From the IMG/VR virus record IMGVR_UViG_3300048592_000244, positions 42,114 to 106,113 of that record: a stretch of DNA of 64,000 bases; one strand, given 5' to 3'. The translations under genes were made by a program, and so were the position numbers. The notes below the pieces were generated by a model that worked only from the letters and a program-made list of their open reading frames with translations, was not told where the DNA came from and searched no databases. This stretch comes from a virus. Positions 9,586 to 20,700 of this stretch are shown here, one piece after another (the stretch's first letter is position 1; each line of letters begins with the position of its first letter).

Positions 9586-10404
9586 ATGCCAGAGACAGTC
9601 ACGTTCGAGGACAAGGTGATCGACCCGACCACGCTACTCGGCGTGCCGGTGACTGCGTTGACGCTGGAGATCAGGAACCGCAACAAGGCCCTGCAAGAAA
9701 CACTGGTCTTTCCTGCGGGAATTTCCGAGATCATCGGTGCCGGTCCTGACTACAGCTACAAGGTCACGGACTTCGACATCAGCGATCAGGAGAAATTCCC
9801 CGGCACGTTCATCTGCGTGCGGTGGTTCGCCACTACAGCAGCCGGTGTCGTGCGCCCGTGGGATCAGGTCGTGTCCATCACCGGCGCGGCGTCACCCACG
9901 ATCCCTGCCAACCGTGAGCCCTACATCGACATCACCGAGGCGGAGGAATTTTTCCAGACCCGACTCGACTACGTGGATTGGGACCGCTTCGACGCCATCA
10001 CTCAGTTGCGGGCACTCGTCTCCGCCAGCGACTGTCTTGACGGTGAGCGGTACAAGGGTCTGAAAATCCGTTTCTTCGAGACGGACACCACGCGCCAGTG
10101 GCCCCGCACGATGCCGTTTGAGGAAGCGATGGCCAGCTTCTTCCTTGGCATCGACCGCATCCCCACGCGCATCCGCTGGGCGACTGCTGTGCAGGCTTTG
10201 TACCTGCTCAAGCAGATCGAGCGCGGGCACGATTGGGAGGCACGCCGCGACATGCAGTTGAAGGGCCTGACCGGCATCACCCGTGGCGATAACAGTGAGC
10301 AGTGGTCACTGGAGTTCGCCACGCGCCGGTCGATCTGCGAGGAAGCCTACGAACTGATCCATCCGTTCTTGGCTCAGAGCATCGACAGCATGAACGCGTA
10401 TTAG
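9586..10404 (+). CDS. Head-tail adaptor (DnaT-like domain) with an extra N-terminal beta domain
   Basis: YIDITEAEEFF...RALVSASDCLD...YKG...QWPR motif of phage adaptor proteins. Confidence 0.65.
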   Translation: MPETVTFEDKVIDPTTLLGVPVTALTLEIRNRNKALQETLVFPAGISEIIGAGPDYSYKVTDFDISDQEKFPGTFICVRWFATTAAGVVRPWDQVVSITGAASPTIPANREPYIDITEAEEFFQTRLDYVDWDRFDAITQLRALVSASDCLDGERYKGLKIRFFETDTTRQWPRTMPFEEAMASFFLGIDRIPTRIRWATAVQALYLLKQIERGHDWEARRDMQLKGLTGITRGDNSEQWSLEFATRRSICEEAYELIHPFLAQSIDSMNAY

Positions 10405-10412
10405 GAGCAGGC

Positions 10413-11207
10413 GTGGGCATCGAGAGCAAACTACAGGGGTTCGAGCGTGACGCGGAACGCGGCGAGAAGCTGCGTGAGGAAATTGGCAAGAAGCTCGGCC
10501 TCCTCAACCGCGATCTCATGCGGGACATCTCCGAGATGGTCCGTGTGATGTTCCGCTCTGACAAGGAGTTTGAGCGTGCCCTGAAACAGCGCCTTGATGC
10601 AGCCGCTACCAGCAAGAAGGAATTCATCCTCACGCAGAGCGGTCAGAAGTTCAAGGTCAGCGACATCGACCCCAAGCGCGTGATCGCCCAGCGCGAACTC
10701 ACCGGCTTCGAGGAGGAAAAGCTCAAGAAAATCAAAGAGACCATCGGTGAGGTAGAGACCGCTGCCAAGGCCGCCATCGGTGCCGTGCGTCGGGAGCGTG
10801 TGCTGCTGAACGAGTTCTCCAAGGACGCCCGGTCTATCGCCAGCGATCTGCGCCGGGAACTCCGCGACAGTGACGACAAGAGCAAGCTCGAAAGCCAGAT
10901 CAACGATTTCGAGAGTAAGGCCGGAAGAATTTCCTCCGCTGAGTCCGATCTGGAAGGAATGCAGCGTGAGGCGCTCAAGGTGATGCAGACGGCCAAGTCA
11001 GCACAGTCTGTGATCTCCGGTGTGAGCAGCCGGACAGACCTTGAGGAAATTCTTGTGGGCGCAGCAGGTGGCTTTGGCATCACAGCCGCCGTGGCCGCGC
11101 TAGTGGGATCAATGGGCGCTGCCGGTATTCTGGCGATGCCTGCTCTGATAGCATTCGCCCTGTCACGTATCGTGAAGCTGGTGAAAGACGTGGCAGGGGA
11201 CGACTGA
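10413..11207 (+). CDS. Coiled-coil protein with C-terminal hydrophobic hairpin (start likely GTG 10413)
   Basis: AGGAG RBS before GTG; about 40-aa Gly/Ala-rich hydrophobic C-terminus. Confidence 0.65.
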   Translation: MGIESKLQGFERDAERGEKLREEIGKKLGLLNRDLMRDISEMVRVMFRSDKEFERALKQRLDAAATSKKEFILTQSGQKFKVSDIDPKRVIAQRELTGFEEEKLKKIKETIGEVETAAKAAIGAVRRERVLLNEFSKDARSIASDLRRELRDSDDKSKLESQINDFESKAGRISSAESDLEGMQREALKVMQTAKSAQSVISGVSSRTDLEEILVGAAGGFGITAAVAALVGSMGAAGILAMPALIAFALSRIVKLVKDVAGDD

Positions 11208-11599
11208 TGTTCTACTATCCGCACATGATTGTCGCGCTCATCAAGCGAGACGCACGCCCCAAGTCCATCTACGAGGGGCTGTGTGAAAACGACTTCATCA
11301 AGTGCCGCATCCCGTGCTCGTGGGACACCAAGCGCCAGTGGATCGGCCCGAGGGAAAAGCGCGTCGAGATCGAGGGCACGCTTTCGGTCAAGCTGAACAA
11401 GACGACAGAGCGGTACATCGCTGTCGTAGGAAATGCTGTGATTCTGCGGCACATCCCCAGCGTTATCTGGGTGATCGAGCAGGTGAACCACAATGACGGC
11501 GTGTTCATCAGCGACGGCACATTCGACCTGTTGTTGAGCCGCCACGGGGTTGAAGTACCGCCCACAGGCGATCTGCGGAAATACTTGGACGAGTTCTAA
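11207..11599 (+). CDS. Putative head-closure (stopper) protein
   Basis: 130 aa, beta-rich, in the neck module; TGATG stop/start coupling. Confidence 0.45.
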   Translation: MFYYPHMIVALIKRDARPKSIYEGLCENDFIKCRIPCSWDTKRQWIGPREKRVEIEGTLSVKLNKTTERYIAVVGNAVILRHIPSVIWVIEQVNHNDGVFISDGTFDLLLSRHGVEVPPTGDLRKYLDEF

Positions 11600-12297
11600 T
11601 GCCTGACTTTGACGACCTGTTCGTAGTGATCGAGGAAGGCGAGGACACCATTGAGGTGCGCCAGCGTGCCCCGGTCCAAGGCATGGACCCGGCTGCCATC
11701 ACACGCCACAGGGTCTACCCAAGGAAATTCCGCATCAGGGCTACCATCGCTCAGGCGCTGGCCGTCTACATGGAATCCATCCAATTTCCAGTGGACATTC
11801 CGCTGGCACCGGGTGTCGCCGCAGCCCTCCCTGCTGGCTCGATCCCGATACCCTCAACGGAAATTCACGACTTCATCCCAGCAAAAATGTTTGAAAATCT
11901 GTTCTGGGGCTTGACTTCGGATGACCTTTTCCAAGACCGTAAGTACGAGGGCAGTTTGGTAGGGTTCCTGTCGGATGCAGGATCGTTCAACCTGAGAGGG
12001 AGGCAAGGTGCCAACCAACAGGTCACGACAGTCGAAGTCGTAGTTGAGTCTTCGCCTGCCCGGACAGCCCTCGATACGGCTATGCGCTTGTGGTCGATGT
12101 TCTTGGAGCCGATTGGTTTCACAGTAGAGTCCGAGTTGCTGGATACACAAACTGGTCAACGGCTGAAAGTCCGACAGCCAGACCTCGCGGTGCAGCGAGT
12201 GGAACCAGCAAACGAACCACGGATACTCGAACGTGTGGGAGCAGGACGCGTCAAGGCAGCTTTCAGGCTCATAGTCAAGTACACACGGTTTATTTAG
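11599..12297 (+). CDS. Putative tail terminator/completion protein
   Basis: Immediately upstream of the tail tube gene; TAATG coupling. Confidence 0.45.
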   Translation: MPDFDDLFVVIEEGEDTIEVRQRAPVQGMDPAAITRHRVYPRKFRIRATIAQALAVYMESIQFPVDIPLAPGVAAALPAGSIPIPSTEIHDFIPAKMFENLFWGLTSDDLFQDRKYEGSLVGFLSDAGSFNLRGRQGANQQVTTVEVVVESSPARTALDTAMRLWSMFLEPIGFTVESELLDTQTGQRLKVRQPDLAVQRVEPANEPRILERVGAGRVKAAFRLIVKYTRFI

Positions 12298-12306
12298 GGA
12301 GCACTC

Positions 12307-13542
12307 ATGCCACAGATCGGTCGTTCGGTGGTGAGCCCTTTCAACCCGCAGAACCTCGTGCTGCCGTCACGAATTTCTGTGTGGTTCGCGCCTTTCGACG
12401 CGCAGGGCCGCCAGTCCGACTACTTCGAGCTTGGCGATGTCTCGGACATTGAAATCAACATCGCTGAAACCTTTGCTGAAAAGAAGTCAGCGCGACAGGG
12501 CACCTTCCAGACCATCAAGCGCCTCATCAACGACCTCGTTGGCGAGATCACGATGAACCTCTCGGAAGTCGTCGGTCGCAACCTCGAACTTCTTTTCCGC
12601 CCAGCCCAAGTCCTCCTCCGCGACGGCGTAGCAAACGCTCTCAGTGTGTGGCACGAGAGCACTCGTCCTCGCCTGACCGGAACCACACCGTCCGACGTAG
12701 CACCCGGCATCGCGCAGGAGCGCGTTGACGGCGGCGCGTTGAACGAGCAGGACTTGACCATCCTGAGCGTCACGAACCTCGCGGGCAACGTCCAGTACAT
12801 TTCCGGCACGGACTACACGTTCGTGCAGGCAGTGACTGGCGTGTTCGACTCGGCCACGCTGACGTTCGCCACGTTCACCACGGCAGTCGGTGACGAAATC
12901 ATCCTCACCGAAGACGACGGCACCATCACGACTCTGACGGCAGGTACGGAGTTCGAGGATGGCGCAACCGCAGGTTCAGTAGGTGCTCTGGCGGCGGGAG
13001 TGGCGGAAGCCATCAACGCTTACAGCAGCAGCTACCACGCCACGGCGGCTGCTGGCGTCGTCACGATCAACCACAACAGCCTCAGTGCGGCGGCCCCGGC
13101 TGCCATCACTGTGACTGGCGCGGCCCTGATCGTGGACGTCGGTGCAGGCCCGTTTGCCTTCGCTGGCTTCGTCGCCACGGTCCCGGCCACCATCGCACGC
13201 ATCAGCACCGGAGCCATTCCGAACGGTGCCGAAGTGAAGGTGACGTTCACCTTCGAGCGTGCAGCGGTCGAGTACCAGTTGCAGTCGGGGCAGGTCTTGG
13301 AGGGAGCGATGAAGCTCCAGATTCTCTCCACGTCCGGCCCGCAGGGGTTCTACGAGTTCTACCGCGTGAACCTCGAAATCGGCGGCAACATCACCGTCAA
13401 CCCGCAGGAATTTATGATGGCCCCTCTCAAGGCCACCATTCTGACGGGCGGCGACGGACGCCGAGGCCGCTTCGTGCAGGCGTGCAACTTCGCTGACTTC
13501 TTCGTGCAGTCCAGCGTCACGACCTGCTCGGCAGTTGCGTAA
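12307..13542 (+). CDS. Major tail tube protein with inserted accessory domain
   Basis: N-terminal YFELGDVSDIEINI tube motif; precedes the chaperone and tape-measure genes; terminator follows. Confidence 0.75.
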   Translation: MPQIGRSVVSPFNPQNLVLPSRISVWFAPFDAQGRQSDYFELGDVSDIEINIAETFAEKKSARQGTFQTIKRLINDLVGEITMNLSEVVGRNLELLFRPAQVLLRDGVANALSVWHESTRPRLTGTTPSDVAPGIAQERVDGGALNEQDLTILSVTNLAGNVQYISGTDYTFVQAVTGVFDSATLTFATFTTAVGDEIILTEDDGTITTLTAGTEFEDGATAGSVGALAAGVAEAINAYSSSYHATAAAGVVTINHNSLSAAAPAAITVTGAALIVDVGAGPFAFAGFVATVPATIARISTGAIPNGAEVKVTFTFERAAVEYQLQSGQVLEGAMKLQILSTSGPQGFYEFYRVNLEIGGNITVNPQEFMMAPLKATILTGGDGRRGRFVQACNFADFFVQSSVTTCSAVA

Positions 13543-13551
13543 GCAGCAGCC

Positions 13552-13580
13552 TTGCAGTAAAAATCCGACATGGATAGACT
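13552..13580 (+). promoter_or_regulatory. Possible sigma70-type promoter
   Basis: TTGCAG-17 nt-TAGACT. Confidence 0.4.
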
Positions 13581-13616
13581 CAGCCCCGGTGCTCCTAGCC
13601 GGGGCTGTTTCTTTTT
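13581..13616 (+). terminator. Intrinsic terminator after the tail tube gene
   Basis: CAGCCCCGG...CCGGGGCTG then TTTCTTTTT. Confidence 0.75.
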
Positions 13617-13631
13617 CAGCAGGAGGAAATT

Positions 13632-14165
13632 ATGGCACGCAAGATCGACACTGCCGAGACGCGGGAAATCACCCTACGAGGTGGCACCGTGCTCGTCGTG
13701 CAGGAGTTCGCGTCCTTTGGCTTCATGCAGGCCGTGGGCTCGATCAGGAAAATCGTCACCAGAATCCGTGAGTCCGGTGACTTGGAGGCCATGTTCCGTG
13801 GCCTCTGGGACGCGGCCCCAGATGAGGGCGGCGACCGCAAGGTGAACATCAACCAGCTTGTGGAATTGCTGGAGATGGTCATGGGGGCAATGGGCGATGA
13901 CCCGGACCCGCTGTTCAAGATCATCGAACTCAGTGTGCGCGACGGCGACAAGAAATTCACCGCTGATGACGCGCACAACCTCATGGTTGAAGACGTCGTG
14001 GGCATCCTCAAGGCCATCTACGAGTTGAATTTCACCAAACTAAAAAAGGCTCTGACCAAGGCGGGGTTGGTCAAGGAGACCAGCGACGAAAATCCCTCGC
14101 CGAGTCCCTCGACCAGCTTGCCGACGACGCCGAGCGAGCCCTCGACGACGCCCGCAGCGAGCTAG
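13632..14165 (+). CDS. Tail assembly chaperone (lambda gpG analogue)
   Basis: Between tail tube and tape measure; contains an in-frame slippery site. Confidence 0.75.
   Translation: MARKIDTAETREITLRGGTVLVVQEFASFGFMQAVGSIRKIVTRIRESGDLEAMFRGLWDAAPDEGGDRKVNINQLVELLEMVMGAMGDDPDPLFKIIELSVRDGDKKFTADDAHNLMVEDVVGILKAIYELNFTKLKKALTKAGLVKETSDENPSPSPSTSLPTTPSEPSTTPAAS
14042..14048 (+). other. Programmed -1 ribosomal frameshift heptamer A AAA AAG
   Basis: Reads CTA AAA AAG in the gpG frame; the -1 frame is open from here to TAA at 14755. Confidence 0.8.
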
Positions 14166-14755
14166 ATGCACGACGTGCAGAGCACCAGCTAATCGCTGCG
14201 GGTTTCGACCCGGAGTTCATTCGCTGGGGCTGCACGATCAAGGACTTCAAGGCGTACCTGCTGTCCGTGATGAAGGACCGGATGGAGCGGCAGCGGGAAC
14301 AGAGCATGGCGCTTTCGCTGGCGGTGGCTTCCTTGTTCGACCCGAAGGTAGGCAAGGAAGCCTCCACAGCAATCCAGAAGGCCATCGAAGCTCTTGAAGA
14401 CCAGCAAGAGGGGCTGTACGGATTACAGGAATTCGCCAGAACAGGAGAACGACCAGTCCGGCAGACCAAGCAGGAACGTCGGGCGCAGGAAAATCAGAAG
14501 GACGAGTCGGGGCTCACCAAGAAGCAGGTGGACACTTGGAAGGACGCAGGGAAAATCGACCTGCTGATGGCTAAGATGACCGGCAGGCCCACAGGGGCGC
14601 TCTGGTCGGGTGTCACTGACGGCAACCTCCAGATGAATGCTGACGGCCTGAATTCTATGGTCGAAGGCGTTACAGGAGCCCAGATCGTAAGTAAGATGCA
14701 GAACATCCACCAACGGATGAGAAGCAGCGTTAGGGCCGGACCACGGAAAAAGTAA
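14048..14755 (+). CDS. Frameshift extension of the tail chaperone (gpGT analogue; includes ORF 14267-14755)
   Basis: -1 frame reads GSDQGGVGQGDQRRKSLAESLDQLADDAERALDDARSELDARRAEHQLIAAGFDPEFIRWGCTIKDFKAYLLSVMKDRMERQ... with no stop. Confidence 0.75.
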   Translation, partial: GSDQGGVGQGDQRRKSLAESLDQLADDAERALDDARSELDARRAEHQLIAAGFDPEFIRWGCTIKDFKAYLLSVMKDRMERQREQSMALSLAVASLFDPKVGKEASTAIQKAIEALEDQQEGLYGLQEFARTGERPVRQTKQERRAQENQKDESGLTKKQVDTWKDAGKIDLLMAKMTGRPTGALWSGVTDGNLQMNADGLNSMVEGVTGAQIVSKMQNIHQRMRSSVRAGPRKK

Positions 14756-17700
14756 ATGGCGCTGTCAGTCGGTGAAGTAGCAGTCGATTTCGTCGCTAAC
14801 CTCGACGACCTTTTCAAGAGCTTGGAGAAGCTCGGGGAAAAGTTGGACGAGGCTCTCAGCGGCAAGCAGGAGATCAAGGTCTCCTTCGATGAGCGCATTA
14901 TTGCTCAGATCGACAAGATGGCCGATGGGGTTGAAAAGATTTCCAACCTCACTGAGCGCGTCCGCACCGTGGCAGAAGGCGTCTTCGATTCACTGGACGG
15001 TCGCATTGGCAACACCAGTGAGCAGATCGAGAAGTCATTCGGTGGCGCGGTCAAGAACATCGAAGGCCAGACAGACGACTTCATCACCACGTTCATCAAC
15101 AAAGTCACCAAGGGGGTCTCGCGCCTGAGCCCCTTGGTGCTTGGACAGTTGTTCGGTGCCACGCTGCTGATCGAGCGGCTTGTCGCCGGTGGGTTCAAGC
15201 TCACATCCATCCTGCCGAAATTCCTTGTGTCTGGCACCGGCGCTGTCGGGATCATGCAGGGACTTGTGCAGGCAGTGAAGACATTGAATTTCCCGTTCCT
15301 GCTCGGCTTCCTTGTGGATGTGTCGCAGTCCCTGCTGTCGGTGACGACAGTGGTGGCGTTGTTGACTACAGGGCTCCGTGGATTGACAGGTCTGGCTTTG
15401 CGCTTCCTTGGCAAACGCCCAGAATCGCAGGTGCAGAAATTCGTCGTCCTGCTGGAAACTCTGAACGCCGGTCTGACGGACATGCTGGCCAAGACGCGCA
15501 TCTTCATTGAGCGCATGTTCTTCATCACGTCCGGCCTGACGTCCATCGCAGGCTTGCTCACGATTCTCGGCACAGGCGTTACCGGCCTGACAGCCGTGGT
15601 CAGCCCGTTCCTCGCTGCGGTCTTCGTCGGAATTTCCGGCATCAGGCTGGCCGCTGCTCGTGTGTCGGACATGCTGCTGCGCTTCCGTGCCTCAGCCGGT
15701 GACGGTCGTGCCCAGACCACTTTGTTCCTGCGTGCGCTTCGTAGCCTGTTCCCGATCCTTGACGCCATCGCTCGCAACGCCAAGCCGATTGCGAAGATGA
15801 TAAACGAGTTCGCAAAGGGCGGGTTCGCCAAGCGCATGAAGCAGGTGATCGGTGAATTCCAGAAGGCACTGAGCGGAATTTCCCGCATCGAAGACGCCAT
15901 CAACCGTCTTGCTGCCACGATGGAGAAGACGTCGAAGCAGGTGATGAAGCAGATGGGCCAGTTCATCAGCAAGGCTGATGAGTTGTTCAAGAAAATTGGG
16001 CGTCAGGGTGCCCGTGATGCTCTCGCATCAATCGAGCGCGTCCGTTCGTCGGCCACCAGTGCGACGAAGGAAGTCCAGCAGAGCGTGGCCCAGATCGCGC
16101 CCGCAGCCGACAAGGCAGAGAAATCTGCAACGAGGCTGGGGGCGCGTCTCGTTGAGATGGGCAAGCGGACTCTCGGACTGATCGGACGCACTGGTGTTGC
16201 TGGCACCGGGTCGCTGCTCGGCCTCATGTTGTTCGGCACGTCCGGTAATATCGCACCGTTCCTCGCTCCTCTCGCACAATTCCGTGACCGGCTGCTTGGT
16301 GGATTTTCCGAAGTCAGCAAGGGCGCACGTCAGGTAGGCGACACAGTAGCTGAATCGTTCGGCTCTGGCGCGGCAGTAGAAGCTGCGACAGGCTTCCTTG
16401 ACGCAATGTTCTCCACGCTGGGCGGGCTGCTCGACGTCGGCGTTGAACTCAGCAAGAAATTCTGGGGCGTCTTCGTTGACCCCGCGACACTAACCAGCGC
16501 ATTCGCTTTTGCCGGTCAGACGGTCGCAGGATTGGCCCCGCTTCTAGCGACAGGGGCTGGTGCTGTCCTCACGCCCTTGGTGTTGCGCGGCGTAAAGAAC
16601 CTGACTGTCGCCAGCGCCGGTGTGATTCGTGACGCTGCCTCGGGCGTCTGGCCGGTCGTCCGTAAGAGTCTTGTCGAGCCGGTGAAGGATTTCCTCCTTT
16701 TCCTGCCACGGCAGACCAAACGCTTCGCTACGCAGACCGTACCTGATATGGTCAACCGTCTCACTGCTCGTGTCTTCAAGGGCACGGTTGCTGTGGGAGA
16801 GCGCGTCAAGCAGTTCTTCGGCCTCGCTGAACTCACCGAAGAACAGGCGAATGAAAAAGCGATAGCGGCCATCCAAGAGCGCACCGCAGGGATGCGTGAG
16901 CAGCGTTCCGCTCTCAAGGAGCAACTCAACCTGCTCCAGCGCAGTAAGGACTTCGGTGAGGATGAAGTTGCCCGGCGTGCCAAGCTCAAGCAGGTCGAAG
17001 ATCAGCTAACCACGGCACGGTCCAAGGCGGCGGAGCTTGAACGCAAACTCAAGGGCGATCTGACGGTTGACCCGGAAGGCGCGAAGAAAAAGCTCGCTGC
17101 TACACGTGAGGAAATAAAGCGACTGGCGCAGGAAGCCAGCACGCTCGACGCGCCGTTTACCGAAGTGCAACAGCGCATCATTGAGGCGGAGACACAACTT
17201 CGTTCTCTGACCGATGCGCTGTCCAAAGAACTGTCGCAGGAAGCCATCGAGAAGCTGACTGCGGACATCAAGGCGAACAGCAGGCCGATCCGCTCTGCCA
17301 TTGCCAACGTCGGCATTGACGCAGGAAAATCATTCGCCTCCGGCATGAAGGCTGCAACATCGTTGGTCCGCGCTGTACTGGTGTCTCCATTCTCGTCTGC
17401 GGCCACCAAGCGCAACATTCAGGCAGCGGCCAGTAACTTGTCCAAGTCGTTCCGGTCGGCATTTTCCGCAGCCTTCCGCATCGGTGGTGGCATCCTCGGC
17501 CTGATCCCCGGCCTCAAGGGAATTGGTGAGCGGCTCAAGGCACGCGCTGGCACCACAGCCGGGCTCACTGCTGGTACGCCGGAAGAAGAAGCTGCCAAGC
17601 GCAAAGCGGCGGCTGACGTCAAGGCTGCCAAGGCACAGGACGAACTCACGCAGGTGCTGCGTGCGGAAAAGGTCGTAGCCGAAGCGGCTATCAGACAGAA

Positions 17701-20700
17701 GGAACTTGAGAAGGCTGCCAGCGAACTCCAGATCAACAACCAGATGCTCATGTCTGGTCAACTGGAGAAGACCGAAAACGTCATGCGGGAAATGACCGGC
17801 TCGTTCCTCGGGCTGGCGAATCTCGCCGGGCGGCTAGAGGAGACAACAAACGAAACTGCCACCAGTGCTCGTCTGTTGTCTAAAAATCTGCGGGCCGCTG
17901 ATTTCCAGCCAGCGATTGATCTTGCCCGGCAGATCGACCAGTCGATGCCGTCGTTGCAGGACATGCGCTCACAATTCGAGCGGCTGGCCGATGCGGTTGG
18001 TATGGATGTAAAGACGCGGGAAGCGGCCCGCGCTCAACTGGATGCTGCCGAAGACAAGATCACTTCTGTATTGGGTGAGCGTGCAGAAGCCCTCGTCAAA
18101 CTTACCGGCTCCGACAGCTTGCAGATTGAAGCTGCCCAGAAGGAATTGAAGGCGCTTGAAGCCAAGGCTGCCTCTGACTTGGGCACGGTGCAGGATCAGG
18201 AAGCTGTCGTCGCACAGCGCGTCAAAGTAGCCAAGATGGTACAGGCTGCTGAGACCAAGCTGATTCAGGAATTGAAAGACGCGGAAGAAGCAGTGAACGT
18301 CAACTCGGCGGCATTCGCCAAGTGGACGAAGGAAATTGATAAGCAGCAAGCGATCATCGACACGTCCGGTAAGTCTTCCAAGGCTGGTAAGGAGGCGCAG
18401 GAAAAACTTACGCGGGCGATGGAAAACCGCCAGAAGGTGGCGGCCACGGCAGAAAATGAACTCACCAAGCGTGTAGACGAAGTGCAGCAGGTGATGCTGG
18501 CTTCGCGGGCAGCGTTGAACAAGCTGCCGAATGCGGTGAAGGATTTTGCGGCCACGTTCAACCGGATCACTAATGTTGAGGGCGTGCAGACGCTGGCATC
18601 ATTGGCTGCTCAGGAAGCCGCTGGTGAAGAACTACGTATCTTCACAGATCAGTATGCGAACTCTCTCAAGGAGCAGGCTGCGGAAATTGAATTGCAGCAG
18701 CAGGTGCTCAAGGAAGAAGAAGCTGCTGCCCGCGCTCTGTTGAAGGAAAAGCGTTCGTCCGCTGTGATCCAGAAGGAATTGGACGCTGCGCTCAAGCTGT
18801 CCACCATCCGCGAGGAACAACTTGCTGTGGCTGCCAAGGGCGCACAGCTTGCGATGGAAGACATCAAGGTCGCCGAGGAAGAAACAGCGGACGCGGCCAC
18901 AAAGCATGAAAAAGCACTCCAGCAGGGAACATCAGCCACGAAGGAAATGTCCACGCAGGCGCTGCGAGTCGCCGGTGCGCTGGAGAAGGCCAAGCTCGCC
19001 ATTGACGAGGGCGGCCAGTCCATGAAGGAACTGGCTGTCGCCGCTGATGAAACTGCGACAGGTACTGGTACAGCGAAGCCACCACGTTCAGGCGCACGCA
19101 TTGGCCAAGGACAGACTGGTCAGCTTGCCGATCTGGCCGCTGTGCTGCTTTCCGGGGCGACAGCAAAAGACATCGAAAAGGCACCACTCACGCCGATCCG
19201 CGAGCGCATGAAGAATGCACCGGAAGTTCAGGCGATCCAAGCCTTGGTTGGAACTGAGGACGCTCTTGAGCGCGTGCTGGCCATCCTCAATCAGATCACG
19301 CAGCAGCCTGTTCAGCGCCTCAAGAAATTGAGCGACGGGTTCTCGAACTTGCTGACGTTGCTCAAGCGGTTGGAGGCGAGCCCCGAGCGGTTGGAGAAGT
19401 TCACCCAGCAGTTCTCTGGTGAGGTGATCGGCGATATGTCGCGCATGGTCGGCCTGATGGACAAGATGGTCGCCAATGTGAAAAAGCTCAAGGTGCCCGG
19501 TGGTGCGGGAGCCCGTGGGCAGTTGAAGGGTTTCGAGTCTTTTGCTTTGCGCACACAAGCGCAGCTTATGCAAAAGGCTATGGAAGGCGCTATTGATTGG
19601 TCTACGGTAATTGAACGCTGGATGGCAGCACTCCGAGCGGAATTTCCGAATGTCAAGATAGACTTGAGCGCGGGGCAGCAAGTATTAGCGACCGAACTTG
19701 AACTTGCTGCTAGAAATGCTCTCAAGCAGGTCATGGGGCGTCTGTCTGCTCGTGGTAATCAGGGCGAAAAACTGGTTGCCATGATTTTCGACGGTGCTCG
19801 TGCTGCAAAATCCAAAGCAGGCAAAGCTGGCGAAGAAGTAGCTGATGAATTCGCCGCCAATTTCCCGCAGTCGATGCCAAGGCGTGGTCCTCTGCGTGAA
19901 ATGCTGACCAAGCTGCCGATGCTCGGCCAGATGATCGGGCAGCGTATGCTTGCTGGCATTGGTGTGCTCAAGGAGCTTACCAGCCAGTTCATGCGTCAGG
20001 GCTTCGAGGGGTTCCTGCCCGCTGCATTCAACATGGGTGCGAGCGTAGCTGAGAAGTTCTTTGGTGGCCTCGGCAGTGGGCTCAACAAGATTGGTGACGC
20101 GCTCCGCAAGATTCCGGTCATCGGCATCCTTGGTGAAATTCCTCTCAAGGTAGCAGGCTTCATCGCTAAGGGTCTCGGCGTCATCACCGCAGGCATCGCC
20201 AAGATGGCGGCGCAGGTCAGCGGTGCTGTCACCAACCTCGTCAAAGAGACGAGCACGAAATTGTTGAAGCTCGGTCTGGACGCTACCCGGCTGCGTCTCG
20301 ATCCGAATAACCTCCAACGCTTCAATGAGGCGATGGGGATTCTCGGTGGGTCTGCATCTGATGCGGAGGCCGGGCTTCAACAGCTTACCCAGAGCATTGA
20401 GCAAGTGGCGCGTGGTTCCGCACCGGAACTGGAAGCGGCCTTTGCCGATGCTGGCCTGTCGATGCAGGACTTGAGCAAGCTCGGTTCTGACGAGATTTTC
20501 CTGCGCATCGCCAAGGCAGCCAACGAAGCAACCGGGGATATTCGCAAGCAGAGCGATCTCCTGCGCCTGATCGGTGCGGATTTCAGCAGCCTGCGTGGCG
20601 TGGTGCTCTCAGGTAGCGAAGCCATTGCTGACGCCTTCACCCGCGCCAACAAGAACCCGCCGATCAGCCAGAAGACGCTGGAGCTTGCCTCCAAGTTCAC

